From an uncultured virus (IMG/VR IMGVR_UViG_2049941000_000054) (lineage: Duplodnaviria > Heunggongvirae > Uroviricota > Caudoviricetes): a stretch of 19,853 nt of DNA. Where the stretch lies: IMG/VR virus record IMGVR_UViG_2049941000_000054. One strand, written 5' to 3'. Shown one piece after another: positions 7,442-18,300 of the stretch (its first letter is position 1; every line of letters starts with the position of its first letter). Below the pieces are notes generated by a model. It searched no databases and was not told the origin of the DNA. It saw only the letters and a list, made by a program, of their open reading frames with translations. A program made the position numbers and the translations under genes.

Positions 7442-9302
7442 ATGAATGTTAGTGATTACATCAATCCCGCTAAAAAGAAGCCTTGGTTGAGGAGGGTAGC
7501 CGACGAATCTCCTGCCAGTGCGGGGATTGGCTTCAGAATGCAGATAATGACGCAGGATGATTTCTTGAACGAGGTCTATTCTGCCGCCCACAAGATCAAC
7601 TCCCCGATGATGTCGCGGAGACCGATTTACGGTCCCTCTGGTGTCAAGGACGCAAAGGGGAAGGAGAAGTGGACGATCGTCGGATACGACGATGTCGAAA
7701 CTGTTCCAATCAGCAAGCAGGAATCCATTATCAGCAAGAAGATATCACATTTTGCGGCTAATGGTTTCTGGACGGCTTCGGAATCCCCGGACGAAGATAG
7801 GTTCAACACCCTTATGTCCTGGGCGGATACCGTTGGACTGAAAACCGCCTTCCTAGAGGTAACCAAATCTGCGATGAGGACCGGAGATGGCGCGATTTAC
7901 CTCTACCAGACAGAGGATGAAGCAGACCCTATCCAGTATGAGGTCTATGGATACGAAGAGGGCTCGACATTGTTCCCTCACACAACATTCGATGGTAAGA
8001 AATCCCTCGCAAGAAAGTATAAATATGAGGGGCACGATGCGGTCGATATCTTTACGACCCAAAGCATAGAAACCTGGATGATGCTTGACGACAACGGCGA
8101 CGAAGACATCATCGGTCTTACCGGGCGGGTGAAAAGCGAAGATGGCTATACCCTTGTAAGGGCTAAAGCAGCGCAGGCGGGTAGCGACCTCTGTCAGTGC
8201 ATCTATTTCCGTTTCGACGATATCCCCACCGGACCAGCCCAGGCACAGATTGAAAAACTGGAAGATGCCNNNNNNNNNNATGTCGGGGAACATCTGAAGG
8301 GCACGGCTATGCCTATTCTGTTTATGAAGGCAGAGAAAACAACCAGCCTTCCTCCTTCTAGCCTAGCGAATAAGGCTATCGGCGTCAAGGGTACTGCGGA
8401 CAGCATTGCTCACGCCGACGCAAAGTGGCTTGCTCCGCCGGATGCTAGTAATANNNNNNNNNNNNNNNNNNNNNNNNNNNNNNNNNNNNNNNNNNNNNNN
8501 NNNNNNNNNNNNNNNNNNNNNNNNNNNNNNNNNNNNNNNNNNNNNNNNNNNNNNNNNNNNNNNNNNNNNNNNNNNNNNNNNNNNNNNNNNNNNNNNNNNN
8601 NNNNNNNNNNNNNNNNNNNNNNNNNNNNNNNNTTGACGGGCTTGAAGATGATATCCGCGAAGCCTGCCTCTCCGTAAAGATTGATCCGGAGATTATCAAG
8701 CAGGGGAGCGATTCTTCCGCCACCATGAAAATCCTGTATGCTCCCGAAGTGCAGTGGGCACAGATCCACTGGCCGGAAGTATTCAAATCAGTCAAGCAGC
8801 TTATGCTCGTGTTCAAAACCCTTGTCGGCAAGGTCGAGGGGGATACCGTCGGTTACAATAAGATGAGGATATCTGTTGGACAGAATATTTTTATTCCTCA
8901 AAACGAGTCCGAAGCGCTTAAGATGGAACTGGATCAGGTCTATGNNNNNNNNNNNNNNNNNNNNNNNNNNNNNNNNNNNNNNNNNNNNNNNNNNNNNNNN
9001 NNNNNNNNNNNNNNNNNNNNNNNNNNNNNNNNNNNNNNNNNNNNNNNNNNNNNNNNNNNNNNNNNNNNNNNNNNNNNNNNNNNNGAGTCAAGTCTAGAAG
9101 GTCTGCTATGCAGGATATCGAAAATGCACATAAGGGCGATTATGAGCAGATCCAGAAAGAGTGGGAGGAAGAGTTGCGTATTAAAGCGGAAATTCCGGCA
9201 GAAGCGAAGGCTAAGTACGGGGTTGATGCTACTGACACCACCCCAAAAAGCAACCCGGCCAACGTAGATAATAACGCTCCCGGGAAAAGTATACAGGACT
9301 AA
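7442..9302 (+). CDS. Portal protein (three N gaps)
   Basis: Large ORF directly after TerL; segments continue across the gaps (SGSDSSATMKILY..., FIPQNESE..., ending KSIQD*). Confidence 0.75.
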
Positions 9303-9339
9303 TTTAATGTAGCCACTTTTTTTGTAAGTACTTTTTTCA

Positions 9340-9347
9340 TATTTTTG
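9340..9347 (+). promoter_or_regulatory. Possible Bacteroidota -7 element TATTTTTG before the head genes
   Basis: TAnnTTTG match in the AT-rich intergenic region; the upstream TTTG is only 15 nt away. Confidence 0.4.
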
Positions 9348-9694
9348 TCGCTAGAATCCAATTCTAACTTTAATGTATATATANNNNNNNNNNNNNNNNN
9401 NNNNNNNNNNNNNNNNNNNNNNNNNNNNNNNNNNNNNNNNNNNNNNNNNNNNNNNNNNNNNNNNNNNNNNNNNNNNNNNNNNNNNNNNNNNNNNNNNNNN
9501 NNNNNNNNNNNNNNNNNNNNNNNNNNNNNNNNNNNNNNNNNNNNNNNNNNNNNNNNNNNNNNNNNNNNNNNNNNNNNNNNNNNNNNNNNNNNNNNNNNNN
9601 NNNNNNNNNNNNNNNNNNNNNNNNNNNNNNNNNNNNNNNNNNNNNNNNNNNNNNNNNNNNNNNNNNNNNNNNNNNNNNNNNNNNNNNNNNNNNN

Positions 9695-10169
9695 GGAAGG
9701 GAAACTCAAGAAGTTCGAAAATCAGGGAGAAGACGAGGACGACAAAGGAGGTTCGGATGACAAGGGCGATATCGCAAAGACTATCGCCGACGCCATAGCC
9801 GCAGCCGTAAAGCCTTTGACGGAGAAAATCGAATCTCTGGAAAACGTCAACTCAACCAAGGCCGCTCTTACAGGAGCCCGTGAATCTTTCTTCGGCGGCG
9901 ATTACGCCAAGAAGTACAAGGACGAAGCGGACTATGCTTGGGAAAGGGCTGTTGAGGTAAATGAGTTGACCGGGAATAAGATGACCGCCGAAGAGCTGGC
10001 AGAAAAAGCCACCGGCTACTTCAATAAGGCTGTCTCGAAGAAGGGCGTGGATACCTCGAAGCCGTTTAAGGCAGATCCGCCGGAGAACGACGAGGAGGGC
10101 ACGACCGATTGGAGTGCTGAAAAGAAGCGCCTGCAGGACGCTGGTCGTCTTCCCAAAGACCAACAATAA
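9695..10169 (+). CDS. Probable capsid scaffolding protein (N-terminus in gap)
   Basis: Acidic linker followed by helical IAAAVKPLTEKIESLE; lies between portal and capsid genes. Confidence 0.6.
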
Positions 10170-10193
10170 GTTTAACCCAAAATCTATTCAGAA

Positions 10194-10707
10194 ATGAGTA
10201 ATTACGGAAACGCATTTTTCTCTCCTGAATCGAAGCAGTATCCGGGCAGCGTAATGCCTGTATGGCTCGAGGTTAAGGAGCGCAAGATCGCGGGTGGTAC
10301 CTTCAGCCTTAGCGGCGTAGCGAAGGGCACCATCTTCGCTGCCGGAATGCCCGTGCGTCTTGACAAAATGGGTGGTACGNNNNNNNNNNNNNNNNNNNNN
10401 NNNNNNNNNNNNNNNNNNNNNNNNNNNNNNNNNNNNNNNNNNNNNNNNNNNNNNNNNNNNNNNNNNNNNNNNNNNNNNNNNNNNNNNNNNNNNNNNNNTC
10501 GTCATCGTCAGCGCTGCCGGTGCGAATAAGGCTGCTACCCTGCCTAACGGTCTGTCTTGGCGCCAGGTCGTCGTCGATTCCGACAACGCTACCTACGGCA
10601 CCATCGCAGTTGTCACCAAGGGACAGGTTCTCGGCGACCGTATCCCGGCTATGCCAGAGGAGTATAAGGCTGCAATGCCTGGCATCACTTTCGAGTATGA
10701 ACTTTAA
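10194..10707 (+). CDS. Probable head decoration/minor capsid protein (spans gap)
   Basis: Beta-rich small protein immediately before the major capsid gene, in a lambda gpD-like position, with the same biased codon usage. Confidence 0.55.
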
Positions 10708-10724
10708 TATAGGAGGAAAGAATT

Positions 10725-11897
10725 ATGGCAAATAAATACAGCGAAGGTTTTTACACCCTCATGGAAGAAGCTGGAATCCTTTCCGCCAAGAGTTTCAGCA
10801 CTTATATCAGGGACGTCATCGGATTCGGCAATCTGCAGGATCTGAATCTTGACGGTTTCTCCTGGGACCCCGTTTCATCCCTTACCTTTGACTACGAGCA
10901 GCTGATCGTCAGCAATCGCCTCAAGGTAATGGCAACCTACACTGACAAGGATTCCGAGGCCATTCCTTTCGGAACTGAAGGCTTCGAGGCCGCCCGTGGC
11001 GTTGTCCCTCGTCAGAAGGCTCGCTTCATCTGGGATGAGGACGACTATCGCAAGTATCTCGACGCTGTCCGCAAGCTGGACTTCCAGAACACCACTGCAA
11101 AGCAGTATGCTCTCGACCTCCTCTTCAACGGCCTCAGCGACATCAAGAACGCTCACGAGTTGTCTATGACCTATCAGCGCGACCAGATGGTTTCCAACCG
11201 TCAGCTCACCCTTACCGCCGACAACAACCCTCGTGGTATCCAGGGCCTTACCTTCTTGGCTCAGGTTCCTGACGCTAACGTTACTACCCTCTCCGGCAAT
11301 AACCGTTGGTACACCAGCACGACCGATAAGGATTCCGATCACGAAGGCTCCACCGCCGACCCTGTGAAGGATATCCGTACCATCGTCCGCGCAATGCGTC
11401 GCAAGGGCTACACCAACATCGTTCTCGAGGTTGATGAGCAGTCTTGGTATGACGATATGGATCACAGTGCATGGCGTACCGCCATCGGCTATCAGCTTCG
11501 TCCAGACCTTGTGCTTGCCGCCAGCAATGACGCCAATGCACTCGCCGTCGGTAGGGCTGCAGGCGACGACGCCGTCCGCCAGGCTTTCGCACGGATCATC
11601 GGCATTCCTCTCGCAAACATCAAGTTCCGCGAAGGTCTCGCTGCCGTCGAGAAGCTCCAGGGTAAGGGCCCGGATGCGAAGTTGGTTCGCACCTCTATGC
11701 GTACCTTCAACGCCAACACCTACGTGTTCTATCCAGCCGGTCCTCTGGGAACCATTAAGTCCGTCCTTCCTCTCGTTCCGGACAGCAAGGCTATGTATGC
11801 TACCTTCTTCGGCGGCAAGGGCCTCATCCAGTACGANNNNNNNNNNNNNNNNNNNNNNNNNNNNNNNNNNNNNNNNNTCACCTATTCCGCTAACTAG
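10725..11897 (+). CDS. Major capsid protein (lambda gpE-like family, inferred)
   Basis: ~390 aa, GGAGG RBS upstream, strong C/T-ending codon bias, W/Y..STADPVKDIR segment typical of gpE-type capsids, and canonical position. Confidence 0.8.
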   Translation: MANKYSEGFYTLMEEAGILSAKSFSTYIRDVIGFGNLQDLNLDGFSWDPVSSLTFDYEQLIVSNRLKVMATYTDKDSEAIPFGTEGFEAARGVVPRQKARFIWDEDDYRKYLDAVRKLDFQNTTAKQYALDLLFNGLSDIKNAHELSMTYQRDQMVSNRQLTLTADNNPRGIQGLTFLAQVPDANVTTLSGNNRWYTSTTDKDSDHEGSTADPVKDIRTIVRAMRRKGYTNIVLEVDEQSWYDDMDHSAWRTAIGYQLRPDLVLAASNDANALAVGRAAGDDAVRQAFARIIGIPLANIKFREGLAAVEKLQGKGPDAKLVRTSMRTFNANTYVFYPAGPLGTIKSVLPLVPDSKAMYATFFGGKGLIQYXXXXXXXXXXXXXXXTYSAN

Positions 11898-11910
11898 AAT
11901 CTGAAGTAAT

Positions 11911-12309
11911 ATGACAGTCGAAGAATATCTGCGTAGTTTAGTCCCGGGGTTGGATCTGCAGGACAATGTTGTTGAACGATGTGCAATCAGTCCCATCGAA
12001 GTCGACCTTGACCCTTTGGAACTGGATGATGATGTCGACGGTGACACTTTAGCGGACGAAGAATTCCGGATGCGTCTGGACTATGCTTCTTCGACGGTCT
12101 ATTATTCGGTGTTGGGGGTTTTTGCTGGTGGCGGTTATTCGGAGCAAGTCGGAGATGTCCGAGCCTCAAGAGGCGGGTACACCATCACTATGGCTGACCG
12201 TGCAAGGTTTAAGTCTATGGGCGATGCGTTGCGTGCCAAGTGGGGCTGGGAGATCGAAGACGACGAGTCATCGAGCGAAATGTATGACGCAACTTATTTG
12301 AGACGATAG
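11911..12309 (+). CDS. Probable head-tail adaptor/connector
   Basis: 132-aa ORF directly after the capsid gene; helical N-terminus and SEQVGDVRASR hairpin; assigned by synteny. Confidence 0.55.
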   Translation: MTVEEYLRSLVPGLDLQDNVVERCAISPIEVDLDPLELDDDVDGDTLADEEFRMRLDYASSTVYYSVLGVFAGGGYSEQVGDVRASRGGYTITMADRARFKSMGDALRAKWGWEIEDDESSSEMYDATYLRR

Positions 12310-12312
12310 TTT

Positions 12313-12646
12313 ATGCAGTTCATCGGATTTCGTGACACATGCACTATCAGCCGGGAAACGGGTGCGAAAGATGAGTGGGATAACCCTATAAGGACCACTA
12401 TCTACAGCGGGCCTTGCCTCTATGAGGAAGGCGGCACTGGATACTCGAGGTCAATTATTACAAGAGCCCCTACTGTCTNNNNNNNNNNACGATGTCCTGG
12501 TTTATATCAACGATGCCGTGACCGTAACCACAGAAATGGGGCGCGAAATAAAGGCAATCGCCAGAATAGTCCGGGATGTCAATATGCCTTGGAGGGTAAA
12601 TGTACGAGTTACGAGGATCGAACTGAAACAGGCACAAGGAGAATAG
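12313..12646 (+). CDS. Probable head closure/stopper protein (spans 11-nt gap)
   Basis: DTCTISR...DEWDNP...IYSGPC pattern, continuing after the gap to ...IELKQAQGE*; assigned by synteny. Confidence 0.55.
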
Positions 12647-12649
12647 GAG

Positions 12650-13303
12650 ATGCCAAAATACGGATCACATCCACGGAATCAGAGATATCAGAACTGGGGT
12701 AAGACCTATAAGGCTTGCTCCATGGCGATCCTTGGTGCAGGGAAGGCCCTAAACCAGATCGCCACTGAAGAGCTAAACGATGTGGCACGTCGTTTTCTCC
12801 GCGAGCAAGATGCCCAATGGCCTCATAGCACCCAGGCGAAAAGCAAGAAGTCTGGAAAGACTATGCTATTCGGTGGAGACGCCGAACATCCTTGGTATTC
12901 GGGACAGTTGCACGACAGTGTCGCTGTTAGGATAATGCAGAAGAACAGGATCACAGGTGTCCATTATATGCCGCCGTCCCCGGCCACGGGCGAACCTCAG
13001 CATACTGCGACAATACAACATATCGTAGGTGCGGAGTGGGCTCACGATATAGCAGAGAGACACGGGGCAAGATATTTTCTCCCGGGCGTGCAAGTCCAAC
13101 TTATCGTCGCCGTTCCGTATGCGGAAAAGGTGAATGAAAGCACTCGCCACGCTGGCTTTGTCGACGATCTTGCAGATGAACTCTTTTCCTCTGTGAATCA
13201 ATGGGTGTTCGACGGGGGGCTTGTCCGTCCTACCATTGTCGCAGATGGTAAAACCGTGAAAGTTGTCAATAAGTCTAACGTTTCAAACAGAAAGATTCAA
13301 TAA
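12650..13303 (+). CDS. Probable neck/tail completion protein (HK97 gp10-like position)
   Basis: SGQLHDSV and VAVPYAEKVN resemble the TGxLxxS and YAxxV motifs of gp10-like proteins. Confidence 0.55.
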   Translation: MPKYGSHPRNQRYQNWGKTYKACSMAILGAGKALNQIATEELNDVARRFLREQDAQWPHSTQAKSKKSGKTMLFGGDAEHPWYSGQLHDSVAVRIMQKNRITGVHYMPPSPATGEPQHTATIQHIVGAEWAHDIAERHGARYFLPGVQVQLIVAVPYAEKVNESTRHAGFVDDLADELFSSVNQWVFDGGLVRPTIVADGKTVKVVNKSNVSNRKIQ

Positions 13304-13743
13304 TGAAACCATCCACTATAGAACCCGATGTCGAGTTGAAGAACTACCTTGCCGGACAGATCCGTGTAGGGAGCGGGAATACCGCCCCTATCGTCACGGT
13401 CTATTCGGACTGGGAGCGTCCGACCAATCAACTGCCCGATGACTTTATCGTGATCTACATTAACGGTGATATCGAGGGTGTTGCGATGGATATGCCATTT
13501 GCGAAGGGTTACTTGATGGTGAACTTATACTGCAAACTGAACGACGATGGCTCCGTAAAGAAGAATAGAGTAAAGAAACTGCTCACACAGTTTGACGAAC
13601 TCATAGAGAAAGCCATAACGGCTCATTATCACTTTGAATACGACGCCAGTAGATTTATAACTCCCACTACACCGAATCAAACTTCAGGTTACTCAGTTAC
13701 AAGCCTCAATTTGAGGTGGACAACAACAAGCAATTTTAACTAA
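13303..13743 (+). CDS. Probable tail terminator protein
   Basis: 146 aa, TAATG-coupled to the previous gene, and directly before the tail tube gene. Confidence 0.5.
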   Translation: MKPSTIEPDVELKNYLAGQIRVGSGNTAPIVTVYSDWERPTNQLPDDFIVIYINGDIEGVAMDMPFAKGYLMVNLYCKLNDDGSVKKNRVKKLLTQFDELIEKAITAHYHFEYDASRFITPTTPNQTSGYSVTSLNLRWTTTSNFN

Positions 13744-13759
13744 AAACTCTTTTTGAAAT

Positions 13760-14562
13760 ATGGCTGATATCATTGGCAAAATCGATGCCGCAACCGTCCC
13801 GTTTGTAGGACAGGGCGACCTCATTATCTTTGACGCAATAGATAACTACTCTAGCGCCACTCTCGCGACTCTTGCAAATCCTAAGTCCCTTGGACAGATC
13901 GTCCAGGACTCTACTTCCTGGGAGGGCGAAGACGTCTCCACTGACCAGATCCTCGACGAGCAGGGTAACATNNNNNNNNNNNNNNNNNNNNNNNNNNNNN
14001 NNNNNNNNNNNNNNNNNNNNNNNNNNNNNNNNNNNNNNNNNNNNNNNNNNNNNNNNNNNNNNNNNNNNNNNNNNNNNNNNNNNNNNNNNNNNNNNNNNNN
14101 NNNNNNNNNNNNNNNNNNNNNNNNNNNNNNNNNNNNNNNNNNNNNNNNNNNNNNNNNNNNNNNNNNNNNNNNNNNNNNNNNNNNNNNNNNNNNNNNNNNN
14201 NNNNNNNNNNNNNNNNNNNNNNNNNNNNNNNNNNNNNNNNNNNNNNNNNNNNNNNNNNNNNNNNNNNNNNNNNNNNNNNNNNNNNNNNNNNNNATGAAGA
14301 AGTTCATGGCTGCCGCCGACATTACTGTCGGATCTCCGACTTGGCTCGCTGCCAACTCGACCGCTGTTGGCTTCGGTGTTGAACTCCCTGTCTTCACCGT
14401 TCCTATCCTTGTCGCCGACCAGGAGAAGAAGCGTGCATGGGTTTATCCTAAGGCCAAGATCACCTCGAACCTTTCCCTTTCTGATGGTCTGTATCGTATC
14501 CACGCTGTGGTTCTCGCAGAGCAGGTCGACACCGCCAACCTTAAGACCGGTATCCTCCTCGA
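13760..14562 (+). CDS. Major tail (tube) protein; internal and terminal gaps
   Basis: Beta-rich sequence with the same codon bias as the capsid gene, positioned before the chaperone and tape measure. Its fusion with the next gene in the ORF track is probably a gap artefact. Confidence 0.65.
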
Positions 14563-14572
14563 NNNNNNNNNN

Positions 14573-15028
14573 GGACGTAGACGCTATAAAGTAAGGCAGG
14601 TCGCACAGGCAGTCAAATTAAGGATCGCCCTGCTCGAGCAGGAAGCACAGGTCTTGGAAGCAAAGGGCAAAGAGGGAGTATCACAGAAAGAGGCCGAGAA
14701 GCTGACAAAGAAGTTATACTCCCTTCACGCGAAGAAAGCCGCATATTACCTTCTCGGTAACTGGGCGATCTTCTTCCCGTGGATATGGGCAATAAGATGG
14801 CGCATCCTCCAACTTCGCGGTAATGAGACGACCTTCAGGATCAACGAAGCAGGAGTCGTGAGTGCTGATCTGGGTTTTTTCAAGGCCAACTGGGATATCT
14901 CAAGGCAGGAACGCGAGCTTTATATGAGACCGGTTGGCGAAGTCGCCAAGCAGGCGCAAGAGCGGCTGGAAACAGTAATGAATATGTTGGAGACGGACGC
15001 TTTGGGGATAAAGGAGGAAAACAAGTAG
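14573..15028 (+). CDS. Tail assembly chaperone (gpG-like); start in gap
   Basis: Lies between tail tube and tape measure and contains the slippery site G GGT TTT TTC. Confidence 0.65.
   Translation, partial: GRRRYKVRQVAQAVKLRIALLEQEAQVLEAKGKEGVSQKEAEKLTKKLYSLHAKKAAYYLLGNWAIFFPWIWAIRWRILQLRGNETTFRINEAGVVSADLGFFKANWDISRQERELYMRPVGEVAKQAQERLETVMNMLETDALGIKEENK
14872..14938 (+). promoter_or_regulatory. Programmed -1 ribosomal frameshift signal: GGGTTTT plus downstream stem-loop
   Basis: X XXY YYZ heptamer at 14872-14878 in the correct phase, 6-nt spacer, then GCCAACTGG (14885-93) pairing with CCGGTTGGC (14930-38) and TCTCA pairing with TGAGA. Confidence 0.75.
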
Positions 15029-15351
15029 GCTCGGCCTTCGAGTTCTCCGGGCACAACGAGAAGATCAAATACGTATATGGTAACTACAACTTCTGGTCTT
15101 GGTTCCGTTACTGGTATTTGGACTCGTGCAATGTCGTCAATATGATTCTTGTCGATAAGAGTTATTTTGACTACGACCACGAGAAGACTGAAAGACCCGC
15201 CCCCGTCATTGACTGGGAGAGTACTATCAAGACGGACGAGGAAGTACATAACATCCTCTCTATGTTTGGTTTAGGCGGCGCGATGAAAGCGCCTGAAACG
15301 TTGGACGAAATTCAAGAACACATCATAAAGCAAGAAAGTTATGGCAGTTGA
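14872..15351 (+). CDS. -1 frameshift extension of the tail chaperone (gpGT-like)
   Basis: The -1 frame is open from 14869 (after TGA 14866-14868) to 15351 and has no convincing independent start. Confidence 0.7.
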   Translation, partial: GFFQGQLGYLKAGTRALYETGWRSRQAGARAAGNSNEYVGDGRFGDKGGKQVGSAFEFSGHNEKIKYVYGNYNFWSWFRYWYLDSCNVVNMILVDKSYFDYDHEKTERPAPVIDWESTIKTDEEVHNILSMFGLGGAMKAPETLDEIQEHIIKQESYGS

Positions 15352-18300
15352 AATACCGGTAGTAATAAATATAGATCAGGCGTTCCAGGATGCGGCGAAT
15401 AGAGTGAGTACGGCAATAAAACCGTTAAAGGCTCAAATCGAGGCAGAAACGGCGAGTTTGCAATTAAGAATCGGATTTGATAGTTATGGTCTCCCTATAA
15501 AGAAAACGTTGGAAGACCTCTTAACTGGAATCAAGAAAGGGCGCAATGGATTCATTGGTATGAAATATTCCGTAGATGAACTGGGGGCTGCTTTATCCAA
15601 TGCCACAGAGCGCCTGAATAATATGCTTGACCTAGAGCGAAATGGCCAAACGATAAACCTTACCAATAAACGTGTATTAGAGGAGGCAATTGCGCTTCTT
15701 ACTCAAGAAATCGAGCAACGCACTCACGCGGCAAACTTAGTCCGCCGGCAAACGGAGGAGTTAATTGCAGCCAAAAGGGCTGAGGAAGAACGAAGATACG
15801 TTATTGAGCAAGAGGCTAGAACTATCTCGGAATTATCTAATCGCCTTTCGGCACTACGGGGGCAACTACAAAATACCCTCCCCGGCTCAAAGGAATGGCG
15901 GCAGACTGCGGCGGAGATTGTCAAAGCGACAGATGCAATCGCCCAATATGAATATAAGTTAGGCCGGGTCACGACGAAGGCTGGCAGTATTAATCGTATG
16001 AGCGTAGAGATGCGAGAGCTCGAGAGGAGATGGGATGCAATGAGTCGTGCTGCCAAATTCGACAAGAACGGAGAATTGTCGAAATCTGCTCAAAAGATTG
16101 TAGATAAATATAAGCAACTGTCGCAAGAGGCTGAAAGATTCGGACAGACATTATCGCAAGTCGCTAATGCAGGTAAGGCTAAGATGAATAGTCTTAATGG
16201 GACTTTGGCGACGCAAAGCGGTTTGTGGCGATCGCTCACGTCATATGCTTCAATGTATGTATCTGTATTTGGAGCACTCAGGTTTGTTAAGCAAATTAAA
16301 GATGTTACTGCCGAACTCGAATACCAGCGTGTTGCTCTCGGACATCTTATTCAGGACGAGGAATACGGCGCACAGTTATTCGAGAGGATCAAGAAGGCGG
16401 CCCTCGAATCCCCATTTAGGATTACGCAGTTGGTTACATATACAAAACAACTTGCAGCATATAGGATAGAGCAAGAGAATTTGTTCGATGTTACGAAAAG
16501 ATTAGCGGACATATCTGCTGGTTTGGGCGTAGACATGAATCGCTTGATCCTGGCATACGGCCAGGTGCGTGCGGCCTCCGTCCTTCGTGGTCAGGAATTG
16601 AGGCAATTTACTGAGGCTGGAATACCATTGGTCGAGCTCCTCGCCGAGAAGTTTACGGAATTGAGAGGATATATGGTCTCGACCGCCGATGTCTTTAAGT
16701 TAATTTCTGAGCGGGCTGTCCCTTTCTCTATGATCGCTGAGATTTTTGAAGATCTCACGGATAAGGGAGGAATGTTCTATGAAATGCAGAAAATCCAGGC
16801 GGACACTCTTAAAGGAAAATGGGAAAAACTCAAGGATGCTTTTGATCTCGGACTGCAAAGTATAGGAGACTCAAAGGGTCTTGTAAATTTTAGGAATGAA
16901 GTAGATGCTTTATTGAAGGCGCTCAACCTGTTGGCTAAAAATTTGAGATTAGTCCCTAAGATTCTAGCAGGTGGAACTACGGCATGGCTTGCTTANNNNN
17001 NNNNNCTTACTTTAGCAAGACTGAGAGTGGCTCTGTGGACAAATCCGTGGATAGCTGCTGCTACCGCTGTCGCGGGGCTGGCGGTTTCATTCCTTTCTTT
17101 CCGTAAGAATGCGGACGATGCAGTTTCGAGCGCTCAAGATATGGAGGCTGCGATTGAAGGGATGAATAAGGCTAATTCCCGTGCGGTTAAAGAAAAGAAA
17201 CTTATCGAAAGTTATGAGAAGTTATCAAAAAACACCAACCGCACGGCTGAAGAGAATACAAGACTCGCGGATACTATATTTAAGTTAAAGGAGGCATATC
17301 CTGAACTGATAGAACAAATCGGGAACGAAAACGTCGCTTTAAAAGATCAAGTGAAGGCGCTAGATGATGCGAGAAAGGCAAAACTAGACGCAACAAGAGA
17401 AGAGGCGGAACAATTGCTGGCGATAGAGGAGTCAAAAAATGTAGACTTACGAAAAAAACAGGAGGAAGCTCGAGAGGAATATTTGACGGCATTCTCTAAA
17501 TTCGTAAATGACGCGAAGAACGTGGCTGCAGACACNNNNNNNNNNAGGAGAAGATTATGCCGATCTTATATCTTCCGATAGATTAGAAAAATTTGAGACA
17601 AAGAGCAGAGAAGCGGCGGAAGAGGCCTGGGGAAAACTTGATGAAGTTAATCAAGAACTGGAGAAATCCGACAGGCTCATATCTAGACTTAAAGCTCAAC
17701 TAAATCCGGAGGAGGCAAATAAAGACCTAGAGGAATGGCAAAACCAAATCCTCAAGATTCAAGCAGCAAAGATAGCCCAGGGAGAAGTCCCATTATTTAC
17801 CGAAGACGATGTTAAAGGCTTCTCTTCCGTCTACGATATGTCTCAGAAGCTAGAAAAGAAGATGAAAGACCTAACGGTGTCTATCGCCGGAATGAAGGCT
17901 ATGCTTGCCAGCTTGCCCGAGGGTTCTCCCGCATGGCTTTCCACCGACTCGGATATAAAGAGAGAAGAAAAGCAATTAGAAGTNNNNNNNNNNTCAGGAT
18001 ATTAAAGATCTTTTCCACCTTATATTCAAGTCAAGTTCGGGTAAGAAAGGCTCTGGCACCGACCCATTCATCACTCTTATGCAGAACCGCATCAAGTTTA
18101 TGCAGGACTTCAAGAAGGGATATGACGACTTAAGCAAGTATATGTCATCTGCACAGGCTGAAATGGAGGAGTCAACCATTATGCTCGGGCGCGGGCAGTC
18201 ACTTGGGCTCAGCGCAGACCAGCAGTTACGGGCTGTCAAGGGCTTATCCCAGTGGTACGAGGATATGATTGAGGACGTAAAAAAGAAGTTGAGGGAGAAG

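Noticed and set aside
10875..12047. 390-aa antisense ORF over the capsid gene
   Set aside because: Shadow ORF caused by the strong codon bias of the capsid gene; it has no protein-like motifs.
13760..15028. Apparent tail tube-chaperone fusion (422 aa)
   Set aside because: The join passes through an N gap of arbitrary length, and codon style and composition change across it.
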